From a virus (Duplodnaviria > Caudoviricetes): DNA of 36,273 nt. Within the stretch, counting starts at the first letter, position 1; every line of letters starts with the position of its first letter. The stretch covers positions 1 to 36,273 of IMG/VR virus record IMGVR_UViG_3300030392_000144; one strand, written 5' to 3'. Shown here piece after piece: positions 35,361 to 36,273 of this stretch. The position numbers were made by a program, and so were the translations under genes. Below the pieces are notes generated by a model. The model worked only from the letters and a program-made list of their open reading frames with translations. It was not told the origin of the DNA and ran no database searches.

Positions 35361-36273
35361 TTAATTTTCGGGAATAGAACCGAGACCTTCACCAAATTCT
35401 TCCATTTGAGGTTTCAATTTTTCCATTTCAAGCTGTACTGCGCTGTTGAGTTTATTCGATTGTACTCGCCTATCGGCCTTAGCATCAGATTGCACCTCTG
35501 AAAGTTTGGATTTAAATTTCTCAACCTCAACCCTCTTTCTGTCAGATACAGATTCTCTTTGTGCCGTCTGCAAGTCTCCTTGCAATTCTTTGTTTTGTTC
35601 AGAAAGTTGCTGTACTTGTGATTGCAACTTTTGAATCTCACCCATTCTTTCAATGAGACCTTCTTTATCAAAAATTTCTGGATTCTTTTTAATTACTTCT
35701 GTTCTATCTATTAATCCCATTTGATATGCTTCTGCATATACTTGGTATTCAGTCCATTTACTTGTAGGTAATGTAGAACCCGGTTCAATACTAACATCAT
35801 GTTGACCAATATTATGTCTATCTTTTTGAATATCCATTATAGTTTCACTATAGTTATCATAGTAATTAGCCATAACTTCGTTAAGATTATTGTTAGCTTG
35901 TGTTAATCTAAAAATCTTTTTAAATGTATAATGTCCTTTTGACATTCCATATATAACTTGACCAAGTTTTCTAATACTTAATTCAATATCACGTAGTTTA
36001 GACTTAGGTCTTTCAGCTCCTTGAGCCAACATTCTTTCAGTTCCACGAACTGTATCTGGAGCTTTTTCAGAAAAACCATGCATTAGTTCTGGAAGTCCAA
36101 ATGTAAAATCTATATAAAATTCACATGACTGAATAAGTTTATAAAACTCTCCTGCTAGTGGTGTAGGAGCTGGAAAGTGTGGTTCTCCTTGAGAACTATC
36201 AACTTCTATAACAGCATTAGGATTAGACCAATCTTGTTCTAATTGACTAATATCATCTACACTACCTATTGGA
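35361..36273 (-). CDS. Portal protein (P22-like), 5'-truncated by window edge
   Basis: Frame open from 36083 to the edge (PIGSVDDISQLEQDWSNPNAVIEV...FGLPELMHG); DVSIEPGSTLPT; C-terminal coiled-coil barrel. Confidence 0.8.
   Translation of the reverse strand, partial: PIGSVDDISQLEQDWSNPNAVIEVDSSQGEPHFPAPTPLAGEFYKLIQSCEFYIDFTFGLPELMHGFSEKAPDTVRGTERMLAQGAERPKSKLRDIELSIRKLGQVIYGMSKGHYTFKKIFRLTQANNNLNEVMANYYDNYSETIMDIQKDRHNIGQHDVSIEPGSTLPTSKWTEYQVYAEAYQMGLIDRTEVIKKNPEIFDKEGLIERMGEIQKLQSQVQQLSEQNKELQGDLQTAQRESVSDRKRVEVEKFKSKLSEVQSDAKADRRVQSNKLNSAVQLEMEKLKPQMEEFGEGLGSIPEN

Noticed and set aside
35414-35671. Alternate-frame ORF within the portal gene
   Set aside because: No motif recognised; probably a by-product of the coiled-coil coding sequence.
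1-36273. Stop-codon reassignment, tRNAs, integrase, DGR/reverse transcriptase, introns or inteins
   Set aside because: Genes tile densely in the standard code with TAA, TAG and TGA all used as stops. No cloverleaf, recombinase, RT or intein motifs were seen, and DnaB is of normal length.

Overview
About 36 kb of an AT-rich tailed dsDNA phage genome, probably podovirus-like. Both ends are cut: the first ORF and the portal gene run off the window. Two arms converge at about 8.5 kb. The + strand arm (1-8476) is an early DNA-metabolism module: an RHH-like regulator behind an AT-rich repeat region, Cas4/RecB-like exonuclease, Rad52/Sak-like annealing protein, two SSB-like proteins, DnaB helicase, Hjc-like resolvase, a PD-(D/E)XK-like protein and a beta-class N4/N6 DNA methyltransferase. 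No polymerase or primase is recognisable. The - strand arm (36273-8508) is the late operon: portal, scaffold, major capsid, four tiny very basic proteins, adaptor-like genes, an S74-chaperone tail fibre, a lysis cassette with M15 endolysin, tail nozzle and ejection proteins including a 2294-aa giant. The most unusual signals are: (i) two gene junctions where the last codons of one ORF are repeated at the start of the next and joining appears to restore a known domain; (ii) a recurring Phi-Q-x-G-G tag in three putative injected proteins, one built of two 'conserved leader + variable payload' cassettes; (iii) a GC-rich hairpin displaying a 16S 3'-end (anti-SD) sequence; (iv) strong avoidance of GATC and CCWGG. 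All family calls come from motif recognition by eye, not database searches.
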